Shown here: positions 27,010 through 39,691 of the stretch, in pieces
How the letters are laid out: every line of letters starts with the position of its first letter
Numbering within the stretch: the stretch's first letter is position 1
Source of the DNA: Carcharhinus longimanus
Lineage: Eukaryota
Length of the DNA: 61,311 bases
Direction of reading: 5' to 3'
Assembly (NCBI GenBank): GCA_030264375.1
Contig: JASCQW010000099.1
Location: 57,775,873 to 57,837,183 of the forward strand
Notes under the pieces: model-generated
Database searches by the model: none
Seen by the model: only the letters and a program-made list of their open reading frames with translations
Told to the model about the DNA's origin: nothing
Translations under genes and position numbers: made by a program

Positions 27010-29050
27010 TTATCTGAATGGACTCAGCATTTATAATAAGAGTTAGATATTACATATTCTTTACCTAAAATCCAACAACCAGCCAGCTCCTATATAATAG
27101 CCTCGCTCTGTCTCAGTTAATGCCCACCACTTAAGTCCAATTAAATTGCCATTAATGTACAATTTAATTTCAGCCATTCATAAAATAATTAGATCTATCC
27201 TTGTTTTGGTTCAGAATGAATGAACTCACATTTACCTGCATAAAACTCCCATTTTTGCTCAGTCAATTCAACCATCAATGTCTCTTTTTAATTTTATTCT
27301 GTTATCTACATTATTTACTATACCACCAGTCATTGCACAGTTAGCAACTTTGGGTTTTGCCACCCCACATGTCTCCTTGTTTTGTCTCATAGTGACATCA
27401 TGGGATAAATCATGATTAGCAAACCTTGGGCAATAGGGATGAAAGGAGAGAGAATAACTTGGCCAGAACAGCTGTTAGATAGAGGTCAATTACTCTCTGT
27501 TTTTCCTTTCCTACCTTTCTTGAGCAATTGAGTTGCATTTTCAGTTTTGCAATCTGTAGGGGCAGATCCTGAATTGGAAAATGTTTATAAGATCTAAAGC
27601 ATGTGTAATTTCCTCATCTACTTCTGGTAAAACTCTGAACAGAAACCATTGGGTCCAGAGGGTTTGTCCATTGTTAAGGTCAAGGCTGTTGGTAAATGCC
27701 AAACTGTTTAAATACTAGAAGGGAAACTTGAAACAACTGCCCTCACGTTTGTGTTTGCAGTTTGTATACTATGTGGAGAGGTTTGGGAAATGATGTCCCT
27801 TATTACTTCTGGTGATTTTGAAGTGAAGTAAATGCTTCGTAAGAAATAGGAAAACATAATAAAATAAAGTATAATTACACTTAAATAAGACAATAGCTCC
27901 ACATAGCACTAATACTTTAAAACAGTTCCAAACAATCCTAACTTAATTCCTTCTCCATTTGTTCAGCAAAACCTTCTTTATGTTAAGATCTATAATGGTC
28001 CAGTAACCTTTACCATACAGTGTCTTTAATTCTCCCTTGGGGGATAACAACGGTTGGCATTTCAGACCTGGCTTCATACATACTGCTTGCTGGGAGTTTG
28101 ACCAACTATACCTGCTCTTTGCTGAGATCTAAAACTGTTTTCTTCATAAATTTCAGTATCTCCTCAAAGACATTATTTCCCTTGGATCTCTTCATTGTCT
28201 CACTGAGTCTCTTTAGAACTGTCCTCTCCCAAAGTTGATTAACTTCATCTCTTTACGTTAGCTAAAGAAAATTAAACTCACTTTATCCCTTCTTTACTTG
28301 TGATACCTTTCTTTCCGAACCTGGCATTTTTTTTCTTTGAATCACAATAATCCATTCAAATCAGCCCCTGTTCTGTAACCATCCTTGCTAAATTACCTTA
28401 GATAAGCATCTGTTTGCAGTCCTGCTAGGTCCATGCCCATATCAACTCCCCAGTTCAGATTACCACAGTCACTCTGTCCTTGCTTTAATTACTGCTCACA
28501 TACCCTTACAGTTTAAAAATATGGCCAGTATATTGCCAACAGAAAAATATTACAATTTCTTGGGTTTTCCTGATAGATTTTCTTGTTTTGTTAATGTGAT
28601 TTTTTTTCTAATCCTGCTTTTAGAGCCCGTTAATGTTAGCGAGTTCTCGTCCTTAATTTGCAGATAATATACTTGGAATGAGAAGCATGTTATTCTCATT
28701 CTGTACTTCAGAGACTGACACTTTGGGCCTGCTTTTAATTTGGATGAGTTAAAATTGGGATCAAAGTAACCATTCAATAAGCTATTTTCTCCTTTTCATC
28801 TGCAATTTTATCTGTATCTGTTTCATTCTCCTTGATGACCACTTTTCATTCAATATAACTGTAAAAACTTGTGTTAATCTTGATATCCTTTGCAAGCTTA
28901 TTTTTGTATTCTCTTTTAAAGCTCTTACTAGCTTAGTTGTCTCCCTTTGCTGTTCTTTATATCTCTCCAGTGTTCTGGGCCTACACTATTTTTTGAACTT
29001 TTGTGTACTCTTTTCTCTATTTTTCTAATGGATCCAATGAGAATAGTTGT
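27010..29050. mobile_element. Old scrambled CR1-like LINE debris
   Basis: YLNGLSIYNK at 27011 resembles the CR1 endonuclease start; RT-like pieces occur on both strands. Confidence 0.45.
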
Positions 29051-29880
29051 TATCTTTTGAGGGATTTACAATTAGAATAAATTGAACAAACATAAAACCA
29101 CTAATTAGAAATACTTACCTTGAGAAAGAAAATCATATGATTCATAATTTTAATCTCTAAGGTAGGGATATGTTCGGCACAATTTTGTGGGCCGAAAGGC
29201 CTGTATTATGCTATAGTTTTTCTCTGTTTCTATAATGTCTTAAAAATTCCATTTATTTAATAAAAAGATGAAGATTTTTACACCTTCATCCATTTAATAA
29301 CTGACCTAAACTAAAAATCAACAATTGATAGTTCAAGAAAGTGCTAAAATCTAAACCAAATTATGATTGAATCATGCTCAGCTAACCAATCATTTGATGA
29401 CTTGTGTGACATGTAGGTTATTAATAACCCAGTGAACCTTACTATCCTTCAATAAACACCTCTCTAGTCTACCAATGAACTGTGGTGACCTCATGTAGTA
29501 TTATGAGCAATGAGGAAAGCAAAGGAAAAGCCCTGAAGTAAGACTCATTTTTCAACTCATGCTTGTATTTGCTTGTAATGACAGTCCGGATCCAGTTCTG
29601 AAGTATATTAAACAATAATTAATGAACTCTTGTTGAGTTTATTACTGCAGTCATATTGATGGTGCGACTGAAAAGTACCAATCAATAACATAAGCCTAGG
29701 TTTCAGCTTTGGTCAACTGAGAAAGAAAATGGCTTTATCACCCCACAAGTAATGTATGTGAGTTAACCCTTCTCTCCCCAAACCTCTGCTTTCTTACTTA
29801 ATTTGATCATTATTTAACGCTCAAGCAATCTTGGTAAAATACCAGTGTGTTTATTAGAAGAATGATCAAAGCTGAAAATA

Positions 29881-30515
29881 ATCATTGAATCTCTACGGTG
29901 CAGAAGGAGGCTTGGGCAGCACGGTGGCACTGCTGCCTCACAGCATCAGGGACCTGGGTTCAATTCCGGCCTCGGGTGACTGTCAGTGTAACGATCGCAC
30001 ATTCTCCCCATGTCTGCGTAGGTTTCCCCTGGGTATTCCGGTTTCCTCCCACACTCCAAAGGTGTTAGGTTGATTGGCCATACTAAATTGCCCCAAGATG
30101 TGTAGGTTAGGGGGCTCAGCAGGGTAAATAGATGGGTCTACGGGGATAGGACTTGGGTGGGATTGTTGTCAGTGCAGGCTCAAGGGGCAGAATGGCCTTC
30201 TTCTGCACTATAAGGATTCTATGGATTCTATGGAGGCCATTTGGCCCACCGAACCTGTACCAACAATAATCCCAGGGAGGGCCTATCCCTGTAAACCCAC
30301 ATATTTACCCTCTGGTTCCCCTGACACTAAGGGGCAATTTAGCATGGCCAATCGACCTAACCTGCACATCTTTGGAAATGGAAGCACCTGGGGGAACCTG
30401 TGCAGATGCGGTGAGGACACGCAAACTCTACACAGACAGTGACCTGAGGCCGGAATTGAACCCTGGTCCCTGGCACTGTGAGGCAACAGTGCGAAACTCT
30501 GTGCCACCATGCCAC
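29881..30515 (-). mobile_element. tRNA-derived SINE (tail A) split by an insertion
   Basis: Tail at 29881-29911 resumes at 30232; head ends near 30515. Confidence 0.85.
29912..30231 (+). mobile_element. tRNA-derived SINE (tail A) nested in an antisense SINE
   Basis: Flanked by the direct repeat ggaggc (29906-29911, 30232-30237). Confidence 0.85.
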
Positions 30516-30842
30516 CTCAAGAGAAATAAATGGGACAGATGAAATAAAATTGACCAAAGTCTAGAGCTAGAGAATCAAATAAGATTGTGAACTCAACACA
30601 GCAAGAATTGAAGGAGAAGGAAAGGCGTGTAAGAATTGAATTTAATGTTTTTTCCATTTTCTATTGAGAAGGTTTAGTATTCTGCACTCACTTTTAGTGC
30701 TCTGTCACTAAGTGCACCATTACCTAGTGATAACCCAGCCAAGTGTGATGAATTGTACAACCTAAGATAACCTCAATTTAAGTACTTGTAAGTACTGGTC
30801 TAGCACGCTGGCACACTTGCTAGCAGTGCTACCTCACAGATG

Positions 30843-31021
30843 ATGATGTGGAGATGCCGGCATTGGACTAGGGTAAACACAGTAAGAAGTCTCACAACAC
30901 CAGGTTAAAGTCCAACAAGTTTATTTGATAGTAAACCCACAAGCTTTCGGGATTTGCCCCTTCGTCAGGTGAGTGACTAAACTTGTTGGACTTCAACCTG
31001 ATTTTGTGAGACTGCTTACTG
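30843..31021. mobile_element. Penelope-like terminal repeat (family 1) with inverted duplication
   Basis: 30881-30923 and 30978-31020 are reverse complements (4 mismatches in 43). Confidence 0.8.
30935..30974 (-). ncRNA. Minimal type I hammerhead ribozyme motif, apparently intact
   Basis: RNA ACUCAC-CUGACGA-A-GGGG-CAAA-UCCC-GAA-AGCU-U-GUGGGU: both core boxes, 6-bp stem I, 4-bp stem II, palindromic AGCU in place of stem III. Confidence 0.8.
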
Positions 31022-31335
31022 GGGGAGTCCAGAACCAGGGGTCACAGTTTGAGATTTCGGGGTAGACCATTTAGGACAGAGATGAGGAGACAATTCTTCA
31101 CCCAAAGAGTGTTGAGCCTGTGGAATTCATTACCACAAAAAGAAGTTGATGCCAAAATATTGAATGTATTCAAGAGACGGCTAGATATAGCACTTGGGGC
31201 AATGGGATTAAAGTTTATGGGGAGAAAGCAGGATTAAGCTATTGAGTTGGACAATTAGCCATAATTGTAATGAATGGCGGAGCAGGTTCAAAGGGGCAAA
31301 TGGCCTCCTCCTGCTCCTATCTTCTATGTTTCTAC
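31021..31335 (+). mobile_element. CR1 LINE 3' end
   Basis: ORF 31049..31237 FRTEMRRQFFTQRVLSLWNSLP. Confidence 0.9.
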
Positions 31336-31744
31336 GTAAGACTAGGGTAAGGTTAAAATGGATGTCCTTGGAATGGTCTCAAGCTTTTTTTTTGACAGGC
31401 CTTCACCAGGCAGGTGAGATTTGCTAATCTGGCAGGACGTAACACCAGAGTTAATGTCCAAAGATGACATTGGGTTCCTGATCTACACATTCAACCAATG
31501 AGCCATCTGGCTCAGAAGGGATCAACTCAGCTGTCTGCCCAGAAGTGCCAGTAAAAATCAACAGTCTGCGGAGGGATTATTGAGGAAGACAAACATCCCC
31601 AAATTGTATTTTAATGATTTACCCAGAGACATCGAGTGAGTATTGATGCCAGATCGTTCTTAACCACATGCTATATAATGACCGGATCTGTGGAATTCCC
31701 TGCCCAGTGAAGCAGTTGAGGCTACTTTGTTGAACGATTTTAAA

Positions 31745-31897
31745 CAGAGAAACATAGGAAAATAGAAACATAGGAACATGGAATATAGGAGCAGGAGGAG
31801 ACCATTTGGCCCTTCGAGCTTGCTCCACCATTCATTACGATCATGGCTGATCATCCAACTCAATAGCCTAATCCTGCTTTCTCCCCATAACCTTTGA
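31745..31897 (-). mobile_element. CR1 LINE 3' end running into a gap
   Basis: Reverse complement of about 31200-31335. Confidence 0.85.
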
Positions 31898-33573
31898 NNN
31901 NNNNNNNNNNNNNNNNNNNNNNNNNNNNNNNNNNNNNNNNNNNNNNNNNNNNNNNNNNNNNNNNNNNNNNNNNNNNNNNNNNNNNNNNNNNNNNNNNTAG
32001 GGGATTTTCACAGTGACTATATTGCAGTTTTAATGTAAGCCTGCTTGTGACACTAATTAATAATAATAAACGTGCCTTCTGTCATTCTGTGCTGTACTCT
32101 GATCTGAGAAAGCATGTCAGTTTTTGTAAAACTCATTACTCACAATTTTAAAAGATCAGTTTAGCAGAACAGTTTGATTGAGGCTATAGTGCGTGGTTGA
32201 ATTGTGAAGGTAAAAAGATAATTAAAGTATAAGGTGGTAACTGGGTGTTTCCATTACCTCAGATTACTTTCTTCCACAGTGTGATTTATTCATTCACATA
32301 TTTGTGACACAGTCAAAGTCCAACACTCTCAGAGTTTGTGAAACCAGCAACATATCTGAAAAACCCTTTGAAGTGAGTCAGGGTTTTTCTCTACTTCAGG
32401 GAATGTAGAAAGAAACTATATTTGTATTCAGATAAACAGTTGCAGCCATTGGAACTAAATGGGTCCTGTCAGTCCTGCAGTGGATTATTATTGTCTGTGA
32501 AACGTATGCTGGGATTCTCTGATGTCATCTCATCGCTGCGGCCAGTGAGAATTTGGCGCTCAGCCAAATCTTCATTCACTGCAGCGGGCCAGAAGAATCC
32601 CAGACGTGAGCGAGCTCAGAGAATTCCAGCCATAAGCCTGGAAAAGTTAAAAAGGATCACTTCTTCCCTGCCCTGAATGCAATTTTAAATTGCAAGTGGC
32701 TAGGGCACCTGTCTCAAACTGCAGTTCCATTTTAATTTGCAGATCTGAATTCAATGATATTAACTGACGCTGAGCCGCCATTTATAACCTGAGACTTGAG
32801 CAGAGGAGCAGTGAAAGTGCCCCCAAAGCCCAAAACTGACCATAGCAGTCAAGAAGCCCAGTATTCTGGACTTCCTCTACCTTTCCATCCCGGAACATTT
32901 GCCCTTGAACCGGAATGCTGAACCCTCAGCAATGTGTTCCTCTAATCCTATTTTAATATCCAAGCAGTATTTTGGTCAGGAGGCCAGTCATGTGCCAATG
33001 GGGGCTAGCCATAACCATCGACCAGGCTATCCAGCTGCCACATCAGGGTAGGTACATCTCTCATTTTGCCCTGTACATGGCTGGAGGTTTGTTCCCTACC
33101 CATTTCCGAGTAGACATTTCATTTGGATTTTAGAACGTGCCTCTCCTTTTATCATTTTGAACTGAGAAATTGGGAATCTTTTTCCAGACCTTCCATTCCC
33201 CGGAGAATCATACCACAGAGGTATCCCAGAAAATGCAGTGGGAGAAACCCCATGGAAGTCTCCAGGCAAGGACTGCATGAGAATTGTCTGGGAGATTTAA
33301 ACTTCTGCGGGGCATTTACCCTGTATCTGGAACTCTCCGAAAATCTGATTTAAATTGGAGACTTTGAACTCTCACTTCCTCCGACTCTGCTGCCCTGCAC
33401 AGAAAGGAGTCGAGAGCTGCTGCCTCTAAACATTTCACACCAGGCCTGGGTCAGAGGTCCAGGCAAGAAAAGTGCAGCTCCAGATTAAGATAGGTGAAAA
33501 GGAGTGAAGTGGCAAACCGAAAGTGATTGCCAGTCCACAAAAATTCTGGACCATTAATATCTAAAATATTAGC

Positions 33574-33631
33574 GGGCCTGATTTTAACCCATTCAAAACC
33601 TACCCACTTACACAGAGTTAAAATTGGGCCC
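33574..33631. mobile_element. 58-bp mini-MITE
   Basis: gggcctgattttaac...gttaaaattgggccc; second copy at 35918-35973. Confidence 0.7.
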
Positions 33632-35629
33632 ACTATCCCTGCCTGACTCACTCTAACTTTCAGTGGATACTTAAGTTGCTGAGGGAACGTTACCACAGGA
33701 AAGGGTAACCAGCCTCCCTATAAGCATAATACTGCGTATGGAATAAGAAAAGGTTAGTTGATTCATGAAGTCACCAATAGTTTGTGCTCATTATGTGTCG
33801 CCAGGGTCTTTCCCAAATTATCTAGCCAAGAGTAAAAGTTCCAAATTGATTAAGTGCTATGAACCCTTCCCTGACCCTGGAAGGCATTGAATGCAAATTC
33901 TAGGATATTGGAGCACCACTTACATGATTTAGATTGGTTACATTCTACAGAGGGCACTTCCATGCCCCAGCAGAACTGGAACAATAGTGCTTCTTACATT
34001 AGCTTATCACCGGTGTCTGTAATTAATCCTTATAATCATGATTCACATTCCAACCAAGCATTTGTCAGACTTGTTTTGAAAGGGGAACTGTTCTCCTGAA
34101 AGAGGCTTTTGTACATCTTAATGTTTGTTTCTTTTCATGCATACACGTCAGAGTGATGCCATTTGCATTAAATTGCATTTTACTTGTGATGAAAGTAATC
34201 GTCTCCCTCCTCAATCAAAATGGGGAATACTGCAGGAAAGGTAGTGGGTGGGGGCGGGGGGGGGGGTACATTTTGAACCCACATTCTCCATCCGCAGGAG
34301 TGGTGGCATGTGCCCAAAATTCGGAGAGCATGATTCGCGCTGGTGAGTTTCTAATTCCGATTTTACCAGCCCCCTCGCCAGTGGAGTGGTATGAAACATG
34401 CCGCAGGATCACAGGAAGCTGTGTCTTCTGGACACCACCCTCCCCCGCCACGGATATTCAGCGGGCTCCGACTTGGTGTCATGCCAACACCATTTAAAAC
34501 AGGTTCACCTAGACGTGAACCTGTCGTGGGGGTCACCCTCAGGTTGTAAAGGTAATCACAGCCTCCAGGGGGGGTGAGGGACATCAGTGGCCTGGCAATG
34601 CTCCCTGGCTCTTCCCCTTGGCACAGGTTGGCACTGCTAGGTTTGCATCTTGTCAACCTGGCAGTGCCAACATGTGTCAATGGGGTGGGCACCCAGTGAG
34701 AGCCCCACGGAGGGGGAGGGGATTCATTTAGATGTGGAGGTCGCTGGAACAGGGGATGGCGGTTGGGGGGTGTTGGAGAGAAACACACCAGTTTTCTCAC
34801 CGGAAACAGCATGCTGCCATTTTGTGGTTTTGCCCAGCATTTTATTCTGGGACAGTACCATTTAAAAAGGGTTCATTTGACACAGGATTAAAGTTTGCTG
34901 AGTCCGTATATCTACTATTGAGTGGAATCTTTTTTTCACAAATTAACTTAATTTGTTGAGGTTTGAGATTAAGAGACCAATTAAGTGGTCTCATCAATAT
35001 TGCATTTGGATTGCTTATCTTGCAAAGCATAGTGAACACTCAGCTCTGATTTTAACTTGAAGGGCAAATGGACAAATCCCTCCTCAGCGTGAGGGCCAGG
35101 CAATTTCACCTCTATATCCAGGCTGTACATTGATTGGATGTATCAGCAGGACGCCGATATTGTGATTGATTACTGCCATCTCTTTCTGAGGGTTGTTCAC
35201 CTTTAGAATTCACTACCACAGAGAGCACTAGAGGTTGGGTCATTGAAGGTTAGATTAAACAGATTTTTGATCTATAAGAGAATGAAATGTTTTGGGGGGG
35301 GGCAGGGCAAGGAAAAAAGTATAGTTAAGTCCACAATCAGATGTACCAAGAATGTAGTGGACGTATAGGGTGTGGTGTGACTTCATTTATAAACTTAGTT
35401 TCCATTTATTTTGTGGAGATGTTGATTTTTGTTTTTTGTTTAAAGTGCTGCTGTGATAGTCAGTAACAGAGGAAAGGTGCAGGTCTGTTTGTGAATGGGG
35501 AATTATGGTTGTGGTTACCGGAGTGTGGAAGCTAGAGGATTTTAACACTAACTTCATTGTGGTGTTTATGTAAGCCTACCTGTGACACTAATAAATAAAC
35601 TTTAAAAAATTGTGCTCATATCAGTTCTA

Positions 35630-36060
35630 TATGGACAGTCCAGGCAGGACTGCAAGTTGGAGAAGTCTGCAAATCTTGTGAAACTGTGTGCTCCGTTCAC
35701 CTGCCGGTCTCTGGCAATGAGAGAATAAAATGTTGTTAGTTCTCTTTGAATAGAGAACTTCACTTAAACTATCTCCAGCTTGGAAGGAGCCAGATGTATA
35801 AATGTTCATAGCTGCAAATGTCTTCAGAGCCACTAGCGATGTGATTCTCACTCTGTTTCGAAATTGCAACAGTTTTCAGTGAGGGCATCTTTCTGAAGTA
35901 CAGCGGTCTCACACATTGGGCTGATTTTAACCCACTCAAAACCCATTCACTTTTCACAGAGTTAAAATCAGGCATGTTCCTTAATGAGGTTCAGGAAGGG
36001 GAATTGTTCCCTGAACTCACACAGAGAGCTCTTCTCCCCTTTCTCCTCTTCCCTCTTCCG
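35630..36060 (-). pseudogene. Decayed PIF/Harbinger DDE transposase, N-terminal part
   Basis: Across frames: FREQF/FLNLIKEH..QCVRPLYFRK..LVALKTFAAMNIYTSGSFQAGD..EVLYSKR..FTRFADFSNLQSCLDCPY, resembling Harbinger ALxFYAxGSFQ and AGFPxVxGxIDCTH motifs. Confidence 0.75.
35918..35973. mobile_element. 56-bp mini-MITE inserted in the transposase remnant
   Basis: gggctgattttaac...gttaaaatcaggc; splits the KEH/QCVR segment. Confidence 0.7.
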
Positions 36061-38814
36061 GCACCTTCTTTCCATTCTCCATGTCGTGCTGCATTCCAAA
36101 GGGAAAGCCCTTGTCTGGGAGCAATTGACTTGTGCAGAAACCTTGAAATCAGCATAGAAACCCTTCACCAATTGTCACACCACTTCCTGCAGACGTTTGC
36201 AACTTGAAACAACTGTAGGAGGATCCAAACACCTGTACAATTATAGCAACATCCAGAAGAAGTCAACCAGCAGCTACCTGCAAGCAGTTGATGAATCCTT
36301 CAAATGGTGCTGGTTATCGGACCTTGCTGCTGCTGCACGTGTGCTCAACTGTGCAAGGTTAGCGAGGGTATTAGCTGGAGCATTGAGTTCCAAAGTGGTA
36401 TGCTGTTTGACATTCACATGTGGACATTCATTGTATGTGCGCTAACAGCTGCATCAATATGGTGTCTTGTCACAATTTATTCCATAAGAATGCATGCATG
36501 TAGTCACCATGTTGGAGCTAGCCTAATTTCTCTCCCATCATTTCTGAAACTCCAGTTCAGCCAGTAACACTGGTGGGTAATTCTCATCCAAGGTACTTTT
36601 ACCTAACTGCCTACGTTGCTTTTTAAAGATTCCTTTGAAAGCTCCGCCTTAGATACCCCTTGAGTTGACATGTGTTCCATGGTTGACCAGAATGTAAGTT
36701 AAAATATTGGAGGCACTTACTTGCCGTCTTCTTCTCATTCAATGCAGTTTCTCGCTGCATTGTGATGGCAGGCATATCCCCCAAATTCCTCANNNNNNNG
36801 GCTCTTTAGCACAGAGTCAAGTGAATCTTGATTTTGCTCAGGCAAGAAACTTCCTTTCTACCAAATTCTGTGAGTCCAGAATCTCTTGTCACTGCAGCCA
36901 GGGATGGAACTGCCTGTCCTGGTAACAGATGACTGTCACTCATCTGCGGCCGCCAGTTTGCTCCTCCTCAGTCACTGAACAATGGCAAACCTTGTCAACA
37001 TCATCAAGCTGATAATTCATAACTTCCAGGGTGTGTTTCCTGTGGAGGGGATTGGCAAACTATTACCTCAAGTGCAATTAGGGATGGACAATTAATGCTG
37101 GCTGCGCGAAAGATGCCTACGGCTAATGCATGAGTAAAACAAGATCATAAGAAACCGGTGCAAGGATTAAATCCTAGTTTTTCACACTCTAACTCCAATA
37201 CAATGGGATACAATTCCTATCATAAATAACCGCTGAATTCACGTAGGCACGATGCTACTGACTCGCCATGCCAAACCAATGAGATAGGCTGTGAGGCAAA
37301 AAAAGTGGATTTGCGCCTGATTTCTTGCCTCTTCTGACTTTGCCAGCCCCGTTTTGTCGACAAAATCAGCCCCGTACCAAGAAAAGGCAGTGGGGCAGCA
37401 ATTGGAAGGGGGAGGGATGTCTGCTGGGGTGCGGGGGGTTGACAGATCTCCCAGTGCACTGGAAAATCCAGACGCCTGCGCAATGGTACCCCTAGAGCTC
37501 AGCAGCTGGCTTCACGGGTGAGCTGAGAATCTGCTCCCCCCACTGGCGAGATTCTCATTATGGCTCCTGTTATGCAGAGTGCCGTAAATTCATGTTACTT
37601 ACCCCGCCGAGGAAAGTGATGAGAAAACCTGCCATTTTCTCACCTGTTCGACACTGAGAATTTGTTTTGAGAAAATTTCGCCCGTTGTTTCTGTTCATTT
37701 ATCTGATTGTCCAGCCGACTGGTCCCCCAACAGACCACACCATTTTAACATAGGGTTGACAAGAGGAATATCAGAGGTTTAATAGCAGACTGGAATTTTC
37801 TTGAAAAGCTTTGGTGGTTCACATTTAATAACACATTATTGATTTCCGCACTTACAGCAACAGCGTAAACCAGAACCTTTCTAAACGCAGGTACTAAAGT
37901 CACGCTGGCTGTATAAGTATTAATGATCAAAACTGTTCCCTTTTCAAATCTGTTTGGCATTGCTGCCTTCTCCCTCAGTGGGTCTCGCTGCAACTTAGAA
38001 AGCATACTAATGGTGTTACTCGTGATGATCCTCTGTCCCCAGAGTATCCTGTGAAAAGTCTTCCTGCAGTAAACAGATTGTATTTTCAGCTGTCAGATGC
38101 AGGCGCAGCTGCTGATACGTGGGTCCTGGAGGCTGCTCGCTTGTGGTTCCAATCCGTGTAATATAATCACAACATGGAAAAGCAGCTATATTGATTTCTG
38201 CTGAAGATGAGCACATCCTGAACAGCTGAGACCGGTCTCTCACAGTCGTGGGGCAGGCCTGCTTTACTGCTGGAATTAAATGGGGATTAAATCTCCTTGA
38301 CAGCTGCCCCAGAGCACCAGAGAGGGACAGAAAGAGGGAGAGCTGGAGCAGGAAGTACATTATAGGCTTCCCCGGGACAGCCAATTTTAGCAGGCAGATT
38401 TACGGCAAGTGGTTAAATTAGATGTTTTATGCTGAACAATAAACACCTTGTTACAAGTATCGAATGAGCTGCAGAGATACAAAGGAAGCTATTCCACATA
38501 CTGACTGGATTTAACACTGCCCGTCGCATTCGGAAATATAAAGGGGCTGAGCTCACTCCATGGTGGCCAAGGCCCTGCCTTGATCTCCTGGTGATGGGTG
38601 TGAAGTCAGACGGTGGAAGAGGCTGACACAGGATTACTGGTGGCTAGATATCAATTTGACTTATTATCGAGCCAGTTGGCACCCATTTCCCCTGAGGCCA
38701 CCACAATTTCCTGGTGCCTCAGGAAGCTGCACTACTTTCCCACATCCTTGGAAGGCCACCCAGTCAGGTTTGGCAGCAGCTTCTTTGGGTGAGGAGGAGG
38801 GGGGGTCCCTCGTT

Positions 38815-38929
38815 ATCAGGCGCTCATCCCAAAACCGTCAAATCCCGCCGGAGGTCAATGAATCTTTCCGTGGTCCGCCCCTCGCCCGCTCCGATTCCCG
38901 TGGCAGGCGGGATGGTAAAATTCCAACCT
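38815..38929. mobile_element. MITE-like element (120-bp family)
   Basis: Reverse-complement similarity to 12822-12943. Confidence 0.65.
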
Positions 38930-39691
38930 TGGGGTCTGATTGGGGCCTGAGCATCAGGATGTTGGGAAGGGGACAGGGTGTGGGAATGGGACAGGAGGTG
39001 CGGGGATTGGGTGTGCAGTGGGGGGAGAGTGTGTGCAGGGGAAGGGGCTGTGGAGGCTGAGAAGGTGGAAGGGTGGTCTTTGAAAGTCACTCCTTGTCCA
39101 TGTTTCCGATTCCCCCTGTCCCCTTCTTGCCCTCACTCCCCTTTGGTCTAAGCCTATTGGGACCCACGATCTTCCTGGGCGGTGCTGCCAGCAGTCACTG
39201 TCCCAGATAATGCTGGTGGCAATCAGTAGCTGTCCGTCCTTGATTGGCTGGCAGGTCTCGGCAGGAAGGCCCTCCACCCCTCCGCACCTCAATTGTGGGG
39301 GAGGCTGACGCTGGCCATTTAAATGCCTCAGGGTCTGGCACATATTGGGTCAATGTGGAACTGAGTAGAGTGTTGCCTACACAGAGAAGTAAGAGGGCAC
39401 AAGACCCAGAACCGGGGTCAGTGTTGTGTTGAACAGAGATATATAAAGAGTAAGCTTGGAGATAGCTCATCGCCTGAATCCTTTACTAGATGTATGTAAA
39501 GAGTTCCAACAGTTCATTAGGATGGACTGTGAGTAACATCATAGATTGGGTGATGGTGATGTGCAAGTCTCCACCAGAGAATGAGGCTTGATGTGTGTTC
39601 CTGGCTAATGGATGTATGAGATATATGGAGAAAGTCACCATTTGAATACATGATGTGAGTTTGATATGGAGGGAGCTGGGAGAGGACCTAC

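Noticed and set aside
36994-37016. tcaacatcatcaagctgataa, loosely like the miR-21 reverse complement
   Set aside because: Poor match, no evident hairpin; miR-21 is expected at the 3' end of VMP1
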